Assembly: GCF_001194135.2 (NCBI RefSeq)
Contig: NC_068981.1
Location: 37,100,401-37,164,400, forward strand
Direction: 5' to 3'
DNA: 64,000 nt
Source of the DNA: Octopus bimaculoides
Lineage: Eukaryota
Shown: in pieces, positions 50,541 through 64,000 of the stretch
Layout: every line of letters begins with the position of its first letter
How positions within the stretch are numbered: the first letter of the stretch is position 1
Position numbers and translations under genes: made by a program
Notes under the pieces: generated by a model
Databases searched by the model: none
The model's input: the letters and a program-made list of their open reading frames with translations, nothing else
Told to the model about the DNA's origin: nothing

Positions 50541-52759
50541 CTTTATTTATGAGGTGGTTGGATGTACCTATGTTACAGAGTGGCACAAAAGTTTGTACAG
50601 CTTTCCACAAAGATCAGCTGAAGTGCCATCTCATTTGTATTCATGAATGAACCTTTACTATTATTTATTATTGTAAGAAGTGAAAGGACTAGAGCTGATG
50701 TTAATACTATTATGTTTAGCCCTTATCCAGTGAAGAAAATCATTGTTGTTCACATTTGTCTTTCTTCTTTTTGTTGTAGTTTTTCTTTCTATTTCTTTCT
50801 TTATTTCTTCTTCCTTCTTCCATCTCTTCTGTGAGTCATGCATGATTGATGATGACCTCCTTGTGTTAAACAGAGCCCTAGTCCTGTGATACAGACATAT
50901 TCACATGCTGTAATATATTTGAATGTAAAGGGCACACACTTTTATGCTATTTGGTTTTCTAATACATCTAGCCACATTACACTCAGTCACCCTTTGTGCA
51001 CTTTGGTGTACATACACAAACACATATATACATATATGCACATATGCACAAACAACAGAAACATACACAGAATAAAAAATATATTTTGGCCTTATAAATA
51101 TGCAATGAATCTTCTACACATGTACATATTTATACTTACATGTTTATACATACATACATACATACATATGTAAATACATACATATGTAAATACATACATA
51201 CATGCATGCATACATACATACATACATACATACAGACAGACAGACAGACAGACAGACAAATCTAAACACACATACACATATGCACACACACACATAAATG
51301 TTTGTTTAGTTTTATATAGGGAGTTACTTTGAGGCAGGATTGTTGAGGCTGGATATTTTCCCTGTTGCTAGCCCTTTTATACATACCCATATATGTGTAC
51401 ATATGTGTGTTTGAGTCTATATATATATGTGCGCATGAAAGTGAGAAAGAAACTATGAATGTTTGCTTTCTGTACTTTGCCTAAAATTTACTAAAATATG
51501 ACTGTGAATTTGTTAAGATAACTCTCAACAAGTTGTTAGTTACTTCTGTGGTTTTGAAATAAATAGAATGAGCATTCTCTTACTTGAAAACCATTTGAAA
51601 AACAGTTAAGTTTTATCAATGATTTAAACCATACCTGCAGAACGGCCATAAAAACAATGCCTCAAAATTATATGTGCATCTTTCACATGAGAACATGGAA
51701 AATAGGCTGTAATGCACATTCACACACATACACACACATACACACGCACACACACACACACACATACATATATTTATATACAGCCACATATATAAGGTTT
51801 AGTGCAAACCAGTTCAAGATACAATACAACCAACACATGCATACTTTTTGCAACTCTAACAAAATATGTTACCTAACTATTCAAACATATATATACATCG
51901 AAATATAAAATACTTCAATTAGCATCATGTTGAAAAAAAGTGTCATATGTACACCAATACCAAGTTAAGTACAAAACCTGCTGACCTTGCATTAATGAAT
52001 CCTAACACAGTCTCATATTTAGGAATCAAATTCTGAATTAAAACTCTGAATTAGTCTCTTCCAGCAAACACAAAATTCTTCAAAACACTAAAACACTTCA
52101 GACCAATAATTTTTTTATTAGCAAAATATTAAACTACCTCACCGCCTTTCCTTCCCTTCACCTTCACCACAAACTATCCCTAGATGACACATAAACACTA
52201 ACAATGAAGCTTTACACTACACAAGTATTTTACCCCAGTTGGGGTTATTTACCTTGGTTCGCTGACCCCTACTGTTGAACGAGTGCAGTGTGAGGCAAGG
52301 GGTTTCTGTCAGTGCACCAGTACTGAGAAATAAATCATTGTTCAAAGGCCAGAAATGGATGGCTGGGAGGTGGGCTAAGAGTGTATGTATAGAAAGTACT
52401 CAATAACTAGGGCATCTCAAATGGCTGAGGAAGAGAAGAGAAGAAAGAGTAATGATATCAGAAGGATAGGAATGGGTAGGTAAAAGGAGCAAAAATATGA
52501 TGGGGAAAGCATGGTTATTTAAAAGTGAAGGAGAGGGTGACTGGAGGTGAATGAAAGTAAGGATGAATGATGAGATAAAGGCAAGAGTTGGTGATGGGTG
52601 ACAACAGATGTGGCTCATCAGTGAGATAATGCAATGGGTGGATAGATAAGAGCAGTCTAATGCAGTCTCTTTTGCAAGGTGAGAAGGCATCAAATGCAGG
52701 TTTGGTAGGCTACAATGTATTTCAACCTCAAATACTACAATCATGTCAAAATTTATTTT

Positions 52760-53205
52760 ACTGTGGTTGGCTGGGTCTCCTTCAGCACTGTGCATTGCCC
52801 ATGAGTACAGTCCTTTGTAATCTCTGTGAGAAGCAGCATTTCTAGATAAGCTTTACCACTTCATCCATAATGTTCCTTGGCTTCCCTTTTCCACAGGCTC
52901 CATAAACTTGGAATGCTCAGTATTTCCTTATGCAGTAGTCATCCTCCTTATGCATTAGATGCTCATACCAGCACAGTCTTCTTTCTTGTATGCTATAACT
53001 GATTCCTTTATACTCTAATGTTAATGAACCCTAGCATTACACATTACACAGCCAGTACAACATTTCTTTCAAATCTTTACAAGTCTTCTGCATTCAAGGC
53101 CCACATCTCATTGCTCTCTACCCTTTGCTCTGAGAGAGAAGACTTTGTTACCAGTGGAGGAAATACCACCTTGAATATACTTTCCAGCTCGTTCCAACTC
53201 TGGCT
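52760..53205 (-). mobile_element. RTE-clade LINE 3' end fragment
   Basis: EMWALNAEDL*RFERN (cf. ETWAL..EDL.RLERN), RRLCWYEHLMHKEDDYCIRK (cf. RRLRWYGHVMR) and CGKGKPR. Confidence 0.8.
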
Positions 53206-53788
53206 ATCATACTTTCTATAAAACCACCTTCCTTGTTAATTATGTTTCCTATGTAACAGAATCTCTAAAATTAATAATAATAAATAAATAAACAGTGCTT
53301 CTCGTTCAAAAACTCTTGTGGCATTTGTTCCATGCAGAGTTACAAACACTCCTTTGTTACTGTTGCAGTCTGAAATGCAGTGAACTACTGATTGACCCAC
53401 TGGAAACCTGTGAGTGAAGACTCCTCTATTGTTCACCAATTACAATATGAAAGAAGAATAAAATAAATACATTGATAACAAATACCTTTGATATAAAATG
53501 ATAATGTATTTCTTTAGACATTGCCAATATTATGATTGATGCATACTGTACAGTTTCTATTTTAAATATTCCAATCACTAACATTTTGTTCATCACAATT
53601 GGGACATCATTCTTTTCAATAATTCGATGCAATTCTTAACTGTCTCAGTCATTCTGTTATTTCCTCAATCTTTATGCTTTCTCTTCTAATCTTTATCGAT
53701 TAGCTTCTTCATAACAAAATGATGTAAAGCAAATGCTTTTAGTATTGCCATCTTCTTACAGCAGAACTTATGTCAATTTTATGGTATG

Positions 53789-53827
<39 letters not shown>

Positions 53828-55159
53828 CTTTCATGTTTGTAAAACATGTAAACTAATAAAATGCAGTGAGTTATATAAAACCAGATATTATAGTAAAATA
53901 TGAACAATGATAAATATACATTAAAAAAGAAAAACTGTTTGCCATGCATTTCTTCATTATTTCATGGGAAAAATGGTTTATTTGTTGAGGTAAATATATT
54001 ACAATGAATGCCCTTCAAACAATGAACCATTCAACTGTGGTGTGGAAACTGTTTGTTACCAGTCAGGTTTATTGGAGCATGAAGTTCTCTCTTTGTTCCT
54101 CAGGGATTATGACACATTAGACATAGTAACATTTGAACTTATGATCATGTGGTTTGTAGTTCAGTGCATTTACCTACCATATAGTGCATCTCATACTAAT
54201 TTCATATGAAGTGTATTGATATCATTTGAAATAATTTTATGGGTTAAAATATTTTGCATTATTGGTAAACAAATATCTATGTCAGCTTACAAATTCCTGA
54301 TAGATATAGTATACATGTTCTATTTATATATTTTGTGTATACACATTTATATGTTATAATAAATAACACAAATGGCAGTATGCCATTCTTACACCACTTT
54401 GTTTTTGAAAATACTAACTCTACAGAATGTGTATAGGAAGTGCATAGCTAATTGAATTAACCCAGGACATGACTAACTTTCTCAACCATGTAAGCATGAA
54501 TGCAGAGTTAACTTCGCTGGGTTCCAAAAACATAATATAAAGTGCTGTCACACTATCAGTTTTCAGCATTATCAAAAATGATAATTTGATTACCTTTTGT
54601 GTATTTATTTAAATGAACGTAGTCTGGATGTACAGATTATATCTACAATATCTAATACATCTTTGTAAGTCTTCATCCAATGCAGAGAATATAAAATTAC
54701 ACTCCGTTTGAAGACTGCAAAATATTCAGTGCACAAACATATTCTCCAATAAGAAATGAGTGAAAATAAGGAGTTCTTTTGTTAGAAACATTCAGATGGA
54801 GACTGAATCTAAAAGACCATCCAGCTGATTGGTGAAGATCCACAAACCAACAAACTACAGCTTCTGTTTTGTTCTACTTTTTCTTCTTTTTTACCATCAC
54901 TTAAAAGCCTTTGCTCCTCAGAGATAGTTAGTTCCATACTGCTTTCACACAAATAACACTCAATATGCCATCTCTTCTCCTCTTATCAATTATTCTGTTT
55001 AACTCCTCCTAAACCCTACCTGGACCACTTTTATCCAGTCCTTTCTCCCTATTGTCAGCCCTCACTATTCCCTTTCTACCCATGTTTTTCTCTCACAGTT
55101 ATCAACTTACAGTTGTCCTAAGAGAGGAGAAGCAATTGCATAAATGTTATCAATCTCAG

Positions 55160-55400
55160 TGATCTCACTTGGAGACACAAAGCTTAGTGGTTTGTGTGTT
55201 GGATGTGAGATTGTAGTTTCAATTCTTGGACCGGGTGACACATTGTGTTCTTGAGCAAGGCACTTCATTTTATGTTGCTCCAGTTGACTCAGCTTGCAAA
55301 AATGAGTAATCCTGTGACAGACCAGCATCACATCCAGGAGGAGAATATAAACGTTGTGGAAGCTGGGAAACTGGCCCCATGACACTATTTGACTCAAGAA
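55160..55400 (+). mobile_element. tRNA-derived SINE family C
   Basis: Matches the reverse complement of 18085-18288. Confidence 0.75.
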
Positions 55401-58400
55401 GGACCTTTCTTCTTTTTTTTTTATCAGTGGTCCTACAAATATTATTTATTCATACTAAAACAACATATTGAAGACAAAATTTATTGAATTGTCAACAGTA
55501 TATGCTGTTTATTTGTTATGGTAGGTAAGTCAAACTTATTGTGAACATAGAAGAATTAGACTAAATATCTTTTTACAACTTTGTAATTTTGTGCCTTAAA
55601 TAAGGTGCAAGTGTAGGTGTGTGGTTAAGAAGTTTGCGTTGCAATGGCATAGTTCACAGTTTGACCTCTCTCTCTCTCCACTGTGTAGTAACTACAAGAA
55701 AGTAATTTCAAACAGAACTTCTGGTTTACCAAAATCTTGTTAATGAAATTTGATAGATGGAAGCTGTACAGAAGCCTGGTATATGTGAGAGTGTTTTATA
55801 AACCTTGTATTGTTGGAATTTCTGCACTGAGTTTCATCTTACTCCTATGTTATTTTCACCATAAAAAATGCATAGAACCAGTAACTGGTCTGTTAGAAAT
55901 CTCCAAATGATGACACTTATTCACAAATTACAATATAAAACATATAAATACATACATCTTGAATTCTTCATCTTCTTTCAGTATTTTATATGCATTCAAC
56001 CAATATTCTCAGATTTGCTATAACTTGTTATAAGTTAGGGTTAGCATTATGGATAAACTGGAAAATTTAATTTATTAGGATTCATCCAATGGCAGTCTTC
56101 CTGATACATCTTTTTAAAGATGTAACCACTTCCTGCAAGAATTTTTTCTGGTTCCATCATAATTCTGAACCCCATTGCTGGTTACAGTACAAGTAATATT
56201 TATTCATTAGAATAATTTATTTTCAGATTATATTTAACCTTTAATTCTAATGTTCATCTGCAATATATGTGTTACATTTAAGAGAATAGCTTTGTTTCTG
56301 GGCCAGACCCAGTGATAAAAAGTGGCTAGCTATAGATTTTCTAAACTCTCAGCAAATTTTGTAGCTGGAAGAATTATTTTCAAAGATTCAGATAGTTTTG
56401 ATCTATTCTGTACCTTTGCCAAATTCCTTGACATGTAAGAGAATATTCTACATTTGCATCAAAGTAACTCACATCATATTATAAGTCTATGCCAGATGAC
56501 AATGTGTATATTTGATCTACAGCCATTTTAGGAATTTCAAAATAAGAAATACTGACTCTTATAATGGTAAAGCATTTAGAAAAATATATATAAAAGGAAA
56601 ATATATTTTATCACCATTTTCTTTCATCTTCAGGAAAAATGAAAATAGTGATAAAATATTTTCAATATTTTATATCTTTGCTGTAGGTGGTGTAGCATAA
56701 AAAGTCAAGTGTTGGACTAAATGCTTTACACTATTTAATTTTGTCTTTTACAGTTTCAGTTGAAATCTTTTGATTTTTGCCTTCCTTTCTCTTCAGTTAA
56801 GAATGTAGGTATCATACATATTCAATTAACTGTACTTTTCACCATCAAATTTGTGGCATACTGCCAATGAAATTGATTGTTATTTTATGAGGGGGTAAGT
56901 AGATGAAAATGGTTGATCACCAGACTAAATGCCTTATCACTACATATTTCTGTCCCACTATGACCTAGGTTCAAATCCCAGCAACAATTTTGAATTTTAG
57001 CTCTTTTAGCTTTAATAAAGACAATACCCTGCCACTCAGTTTAAATTAATTGGAATGATTTTTTATTATTATCCTGCTGATGTTGACTTTGCTTTGTAAT
57101 CATGCAGTGTTGTTAAACAAAAAAAAATCAATCAATTATTATGATCAATGTAATTGACAATAACCACCACTTGAAAACAATTTGAGGTCTTATAAAATGA
57201 TTATTTACCGCTGTTATTAATTTATTATTCTTTGTTTGCTACTATTTCATTACATTTACATTACTCATAACCTTTTGAAAAGTATAAATGTTAACAATCT
57301 CATTTCTTCTTATTCATTATAAAACTGTGAGTTTGTAACCTTGTAACAAATAAATAGTCAAACTTCTGCTAGATCATTTGGGGAAACGACACTGGGGTAA
57401 CTGACCTCTGAATTATAACATTTTACTAAACTTACTTGCAGTAGGTAATGTTACTCATAAAATATCTTCCATTAGTTACAAATCTTTATATTTTATTTCA
57501 GGCCATATCTGTGAGTGTATGTGTTCTTTTTCTTTTCAGTTTTCGTAGGCTGCCCATTTAAAATCAGATATTAGTATTTATTTGATACATTAAATTTGAG
57601 GAGTGAAATGCACTCTTAGGTTTCATTTATATTTGAGAACTGGTATCAGTCTATAAATTTAACTTGAGTTGTTAAATGGAGGAAAACATGGGCAGAAAAT
57701 ATTATGAAAGGAAATCAGATGTAAATCATTCAACTAACATACATTAACGGAAACAAGTGTATCAAATGGGTTCAGTTACTGATGACATTACAAATTCTAG
57801 GAAGAAAACTAATTGTAGTCACGACCATCATCATCGTTTTTACATCTTCTTTGTCTATGCAGGCATGGGTTAGATTCATTGATAATCATTGTATCTAACA
57901 ACAAAAATTTTATCATGGAAGATCTTGATTTGTAGTTAAGTCCTATTAGTCACATCAGAGTTGATCTCTAAACATATAAAACTTTACTAATAACTAAAAA
58001 CAATAACTTGATTATTTGATTAAAACATTTAGAATTGATTTATTCATAATACAAAACCTGGAACCTGAAATCAAGCTCCCCACAAAAAAAAAGAAGAAAA
58101 AGAAAAAAAAAGAAGGGTAGGGGCTTAATATTCTGAAGTCAATGATATCAAGGAATATGGAATCTATTTATGATGAGACCTAATTTAATATCTTATAATA
58201 AACCAGGCAATGTTATTTCAGATTATTATTTCTCTCCTTCCTAACAGATTTTTCAAATGACAAACCGTAATAAATAAATAAACAAAAAAATCTAGGGCAG
58301 TTATATATATATTTTTAGGGATATGATTAAGCTTTGTTTTGTAAAAATATTTGAGAATCCTATTATCTAAAGATTTGATATTTTTCTACTGAAATTCAGG

Positions 58401-58679
58401 CCATGTATGCATTCTCATAGCTTCAAGCCAAAATATTCTCTTCATCACTACAACACTTTACTCTTCACCATAATTAATTCTCATATCTTCAACAGCAGGA
58501 GAGGCCATATTTTCTTCTATCTCTTCCCTACAAACACAGAATTCATTCTTCAGGGTAATCGACTTCAGAATATATTACCTATTCTAAATAAATTCCAAAG
58601 GATTCTTCCCACTTACTTTTCCTTTTCTTTTCAAGATATATTATTATTGCTGAAGCCGATGTCATTTTTTTCTTTCGGT

Positions 58680-59011
58680 TGTTATCATAGTTATTATCAA
58701 CTTTATCATTATCATTATCTCATCGTCACCATCATCACCACTATCAGAAGCAGCAGCAGCAGCATCAACAACATCAGCAGAAGTGATGTGGTTGTTTTTC
58801 TACCATATATTTTAAAATTGGTATTTTTTTAAAGTGCTTTCTTCAAATTGGGGTCATTTATATTTGATTTCCTCGTTTCACTTTTTCATTTTTTTCTTCT
58901 TCCCTGTTGTCATTCTCTCATTTTTATCTCTCACACTCTGTCCCTGTTTATACATGTATCTGTTTATCCCTTCCCAGAACAGTTTTGAAATATTTCTTTA
59001 TCACAGGCATT

Positions 59012-59046
<35 letters not shown>

Positions 59047-59225
59047 TGTTGTCATTGCTATTGTCATACTACTGGTTTTGTTATCATCACCATCATCATC
59101 CTCACTCTCACCACTACCACTATCAACATCCTCCTCCTCCAGTCACAATTATCATAATCATCATCAATATATATTTTTTTAGATACATTTACTGGCAGCA
59201 TATTATCATACTATTAAGCTACCAC
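58680..59225. repeat. (CAT)n/(CAC)n degenerate trinucleotide tract
   Basis: Directly visible; the poly-H and poly-I ORFs are artefacts. Confidence 0.9.
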
Positions 59226-60944
59226 CACTACCACACTTACCTCAGCTAAAGCTTCCCTGAGAAATAGGGAGGAGGTTGCAATAAATGGAAGAGACCCATT
59301 GTACATGTGATGTATGTGTTTAATGAAATTAAGAAAGAGATGAGACAAAAAAGACTTAATACAGCTGATCAAATTGCTAGAAATAGCAGACAAATCTTTC
59401 TTGTTTTACACCCTACTATCTTTACAAAAGAAGGCCACATTGAATAACATGGTCTTGGATGTATGGATATATACCACCTGAAAAAAGGAAGGTTTATCAT
59501 AAGTGGAATGCCTTTGACCATAAGTCTGTCCAGTAAGACATAACCAGGGACTAAACAACAAGAAACAGAATGGAGGAAATAAATGTTGATCCCGTAGGAT
59601 ATGCACGCACAAAAATGGAAGTTGAAGCTAATGAAAAGCATTTAGCTTGGTGTTGAACTATCTTAATGAACTCACTCTACTACTAGTAATTATAATAATT
59701 ACTTTGATAAAAAAATATTGTTGGGTTCTGATACCAATGACTACACAATCTATAACTACGAGTCAATGGGGAAGGTAACTTGAACTTGCTAAACATAGCA
59801 GCCACATATCCCACCAATTTGGTAGCTATTTCCAGCAGGGCAAGTGCTTATGTTGAGCTTCCCTTTTTGGCTTGTCAATATCCATTTGTTGCTAACACTC
59901 ACTACACAAATTTGACTCAAATGGTTATTTTGCCCCCTTACCTTATTGCGACCATTTACCACTTTTTCTTTCTTTCTCTCTCTTGCTTTTTATGTATTTT
60001 TCTTTTTCTGTAGTACTGAATTTCTACTAAAATTCTAACATTAGTAAAATGTAGCACAGAGGATGATGAAGGAACATATGGAAAACAAGAAAAAAGCACA
60101 CAAAGTAGTGGGCATGCTCACCCCTCATCAGTTATTGCCCAAACATCATCACAATTTCACACCTTATCAATAAAATTGTTCACTTTGGAGATATACCAAA
60201 CAGCGAAATGCTGCAGGGTATAAATGAGGGAATATGAAGGAAAGAATGAGGTAAGTTCAAAAAAGGGGGAAAAAAGGAAAAAAAATGAAACAAGGTCTCT
60301 AAACCAAATAGTAGTAATATATGTGAAAATATATATAAAACAAAAAAGCAAACACTAATGAAAGATAAAACAATAAATGATACAAGTATTTGTATACATT
60401 GAGGCCTTTTAGCTATGTGACAGAATTTAGACGTTTGTGAAATAATTTTGATTGATATAGTTGCTGATAAAAAGTTGCAGAACAAATTTAGTAACAATTT
60501 GACTTATCTGACCACATTTCCTTCTCAAACTCATCCCATGAAACTTATTGAATCAGAGCAACTTTAGAGAATTTGAGTGCAATTGTCTTTTAATTTCTTC
60601 TGCTCTAAAGATTCTACAATTTCTAAAGAAATCATGTCTAGGAACTAAAAGATGATTATATCTAGTTTCTAAAATTGGTTTATTCAACAGTGATAAATAG
60701 TAAGAAAATGCAGTATCTGTTCTTTCTCTCAGCATTATGATGGCACTGTTCTCCAGCTGTATTACTCCTTGCTTTTTCCTTGTACAACATCGATGGGGTG
60801 GATATGAGACTTATGTGTGTGGACGACAAGTGGTTTTCTATAAAAAAAAAAAACAACGACATTGTACAGGCATGTATCTTGGAAAGGAACGTTCCCGGTA
60901 TAAATCCATAGTATTATATGACATATAAAAGTTCAGAGAAAGAG

Positions 60945-61060
60945 ATGAATGTCAAAGTTGACCTGAGCAGAATTTGAACTCTGAATATAGGCAAATAAAA
61001 CTAAATCATATAAGGCATTTAGTGTAATTTTCTACTATTTCTGCCAACTCACCAGTAAGA
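60945..61060 (-). mobile_element. Degenerate SINE family B head
   Basis: aaagttgacctgagcagaatttgaactctgaa is the reverse complement of the family B core. Confidence 0.6.
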
Positions 61061-61372
61061 ATGATCTTTTTGCTTTTAATGTCTTACTCCCTACATACAA
61101 ACATAGACACACATTATATCATGAAGTAGCCATAAAGTAGATTACACCATTATTTTCCTTTTAAGAACTTCTCTTGTATAAGAAATAGAGCATTTACTGC
61201 TTTATGGAAGAAGAGGAAGAAGAAAGTGAAACACAAAATCTAACATAAAGCAATGAGTTTGTCAGCCATTCCTTCTTTCTCCTAATTTATATTATTAACT
61301 AAGGTCTTGTAGCTAACTGTTATAACAGCCCTTGATAGTGTCTTCCTAGTTCATAAAATCTTAAGCTTAGCA

Positions 61373-61439
<67 letters not shown>

Positions 61440-61889
61440 CATGTGTACATATATATACACACATACGTGTGTACATATATACACACATACATATGCACAC
61501 ACTCAACACATACACAGACAGGCACATATATATTTCTTTGATTTGTATTTATTTTTAGCCAAATAACTTATCTTTGTAGAAGTCAAAAATCTGCAGAGTT
61601 TCCCTGTACATCTGTAGATTTTCAGGCAATAATTTATCTCCTGCAACTATACAGCTAAAAAGAAATGAAAAAAACCACAAAACAAAAGAAAAAAAAAAGA
61701 AAAAGAAATGAAGCAAACAAACAAAAAACACTATTTTCCTTCTTTTAAATCCTCCCACTAAAAAGGAGACCCACTTGTTGTTTGGTAATCATTCTTCAAC
61801 TCGATCAGCTCTCTTCAATGACACTGCAGTAACTACAAGAGTATTAAATATTTTTATCACTTCTCTCCATTTATTTATTATTAGTGGTG

Positions 61890-61911
61890 CTGTTTCTTGC
61901 TGTTGTTGTTG

Positions 61912-61949
<38 letters not shown>

Positions 61950-61985
61950 GTTGTTGTTGTTGTTGTTCTTGCTGTTGTTGTTAAC
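61890..61985. repeat. (TAT)n/(TGT)n trinucleotide repeat
   Basis: Directly visible. Confidence 0.95.
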
Positions 61986-62690
61986 ATTATTTGTCTTTTT
62001 TTTCCTGTAGTTAATACAATTTTCATTGGCTTTCAAGCAATACTTTATCAATATCTCATAGAAAGCTTTCAAACTCTAGTATATTATTAGATATAGCCTA
62101 TTTCTTTATGCCAGTTACTTTAACTTTTATTCTCAGAGTTTCTCTTTGAATCAAGCTCATAAATTTTATCTGAAATGACAAACCATATCCTTAACAACCA
62201 GAACTTCACCCTCCACCATCATTTTTTTTTTTTTGTTATTTATCTTTTATGTATTATTTTTTATATCTTTTTTTCTGTTTTATTTCATTTTTCTTATATT
62301 AATTCTGTCTTGAACAAGTTCCGTAGTAGTAAGGAATTATATTTTACAAGATTCTTACAACTGGTTTTAACACTAGTGAGCATAATAGTATGTGTGTTTG
62401 TACTTATTGGGGGTACTGTGTTCATTGTTCAAAGGATATAAAAGCACCAAAGAATGAGATCCAATGAAAAATAGAGAGCAGAAACACATACATATATGTC
62501 TGTACCTACACATACTCATATATTATATATATATATATAGATNNNNNNNNNNNNNNNNNNNNNNNNNNNNNNNNNNNNNNNNNNNNNNNNNNNNNNNNNN
62601 NNNNNNNNNNNNNNNNNNNNNNNNNNNNNNNNNNNNNNNNNNNNNNNNNNNNNNNNNNNNNNNNNNNNNNNNNNNNNNNNNNNNNNNNNN

Positions 62691-62735
<45 letters not shown>

Positions 62736-63284
62736 GAGAGTGAGAGAGAAGATTGGTTAGTTGGTTCAATGAGCACGAATATGGAATGGCGATAGTCATA
62801 AAGTAATCTTTTCATTAGAATCTGAGAATGATCTAAGACTAGGAGTTCAGTTTCTGCTTGATTAAAGCTAACAATACCAGTTTTAAGTCCTACATCAAAA
62901 ATCAAATGATATTATTGTCTGGAATATACAAATTTCTAAAGCTAAATTTGTTTGAAAAGAATGATGCAAAAAGGCTAATGAATAATACAAGTGTTTAACC
63001 ATTTGTATACCTTATGGTATTCCTTGATTTTTAGTTTGATGGAGCAGTGTACACGGAAACAAGAAGAAGGAGTTATGGAAGAGAGATAGTTAAGAAAGAC
63101 CTAAGTAATTTAGCAGACTAATCTGAAGATGCCAAACCGCACAAATGAGATGACAAGGGATCTTATCAAGTGATGAAACAATGTACTGGAGAAACTATAC
63201 ATACAAAGAAAAATTAATGTGCAATGATGATATTTTTCAGTTTATCTGAAAAAAATTCAGTGCAGTGCCAATATAATTGAGATT

Positions 63285-63490
63285 TAAGGTGGCAAGGTGG
63301 TGGAATAATTAGCATGCTGGGTAAATGGTATTTTGTCTGTCTTCATGTTCTGAGTTCAAATTCTGCCAAGGTTGACTTTACCTTTCATACTTTTGGGGTT
63401 GATAAAATAAGTACCAGTTAAGCACTGGGGTTACTATAATCAATTTACTCCTTCCTCCGAAATTGCTGGCCTTGTACTAAAATTTGAAAA
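63285..63490 (+). mobile_element. tRNA-derived SINE family B
   Basis: aaggtggcaaggtggtggaataattagcatgctggg...gttctgagttcaaattctgccaaggttgactttacctttcat...ataagtaccagttaagcactgggg. Confidence 0.8.
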
Positions 63491-63942
63491 CAATATAATT
63501 ACAAGATTTTCTCTCTGTACTTAGCTGGAATTATTTCACCATTGTATATATTCAAGTCATTCTTTTTTTTAATACAAATACAATGGAAATAGAAATACTA
63601 TAGAAGATTATAGTAAAAGCTAAATACTATAAAATGTAGTACATCATACATTTATACTTCCCTTTAAAGGAATAAATCACAGAATCTCTGATACAATAAA
63701 TTACAAGAATAAATAATTTATTGAACTAACTCCCATCAGACTTGTACTTTCTGAGCTGAGCCACCACAAGGCTTGACCTTTCAATATCTATAGAATAAGT
63801 ACAAGGAATATATAAGGTTCAATTTGATTCACCATATATCTCATACAAAAATTATATCTTTTGTTAAGTAAAAAAAAGGGTGTTTTTCATTTAATAAAAG
63901 GTGTTGTGTGTTCAAAATACAGAAATATATTTGTGTGTGAGT

Positions 63943-63988
<46 letters not shown>

Positions 63989-64000
63989 ATATATATAGTA

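Noticed and set aside
51609-51710. Minus-strand CAG|GTATGG donor with a 45-nt open segment; similar isolated donors near 13531 and 22610
   Set aside because: Such motifs occur by chance in 64 kb, and the peptides were not recognised.
60650-60930. Possible Penelope RT remnant (LMCVDDKWF resembling YVDD)
   Set aside because: Only one weak motif; flanking motifs could not be aligned.

Overview
AT-rich eukaryotic non-coding DNA dense in microsatellites (CA/TG, TA, GA, TCTA, CAT, TAA), with five N-gaps (4758-4860, 22148-22387, 36113-36227, 49651-50020, 62543-62690). The repeat content (recurrent tRNA-derived SINE families, RTE, Dong/R4, CR1-like and Penelope retroelement relics, a Gypsy gag-protease fragment, a hAT MITE) looks like an octopod cephalopod intron or intergenic region; the taxon is inferred from recalled repeat families, not proven. 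No intact host protein-coding gene, tRNA, rRNA or CRISPR array could be supported, and nearly all listed ORFs are microsatellite read-throughs or decayed transposon frames. The main unexplained structure is a set of five short-range, near-perfect inverted duplications: 310 bp (3682-3996/4953-5264), 114 bp (35452-35565/37374-37485), 28 bp (36035-36062/37044-37071), 50 bp (42981-43030/43337-43386) and a perfect 81-bp fold-back (48859-48939/48999-49079). Several look like local templated insertions, and any of them would form dsRNA if transcribed. One overlaps a candidate minus-strand exon and its splice donor. All alignments and translations were done by eye.
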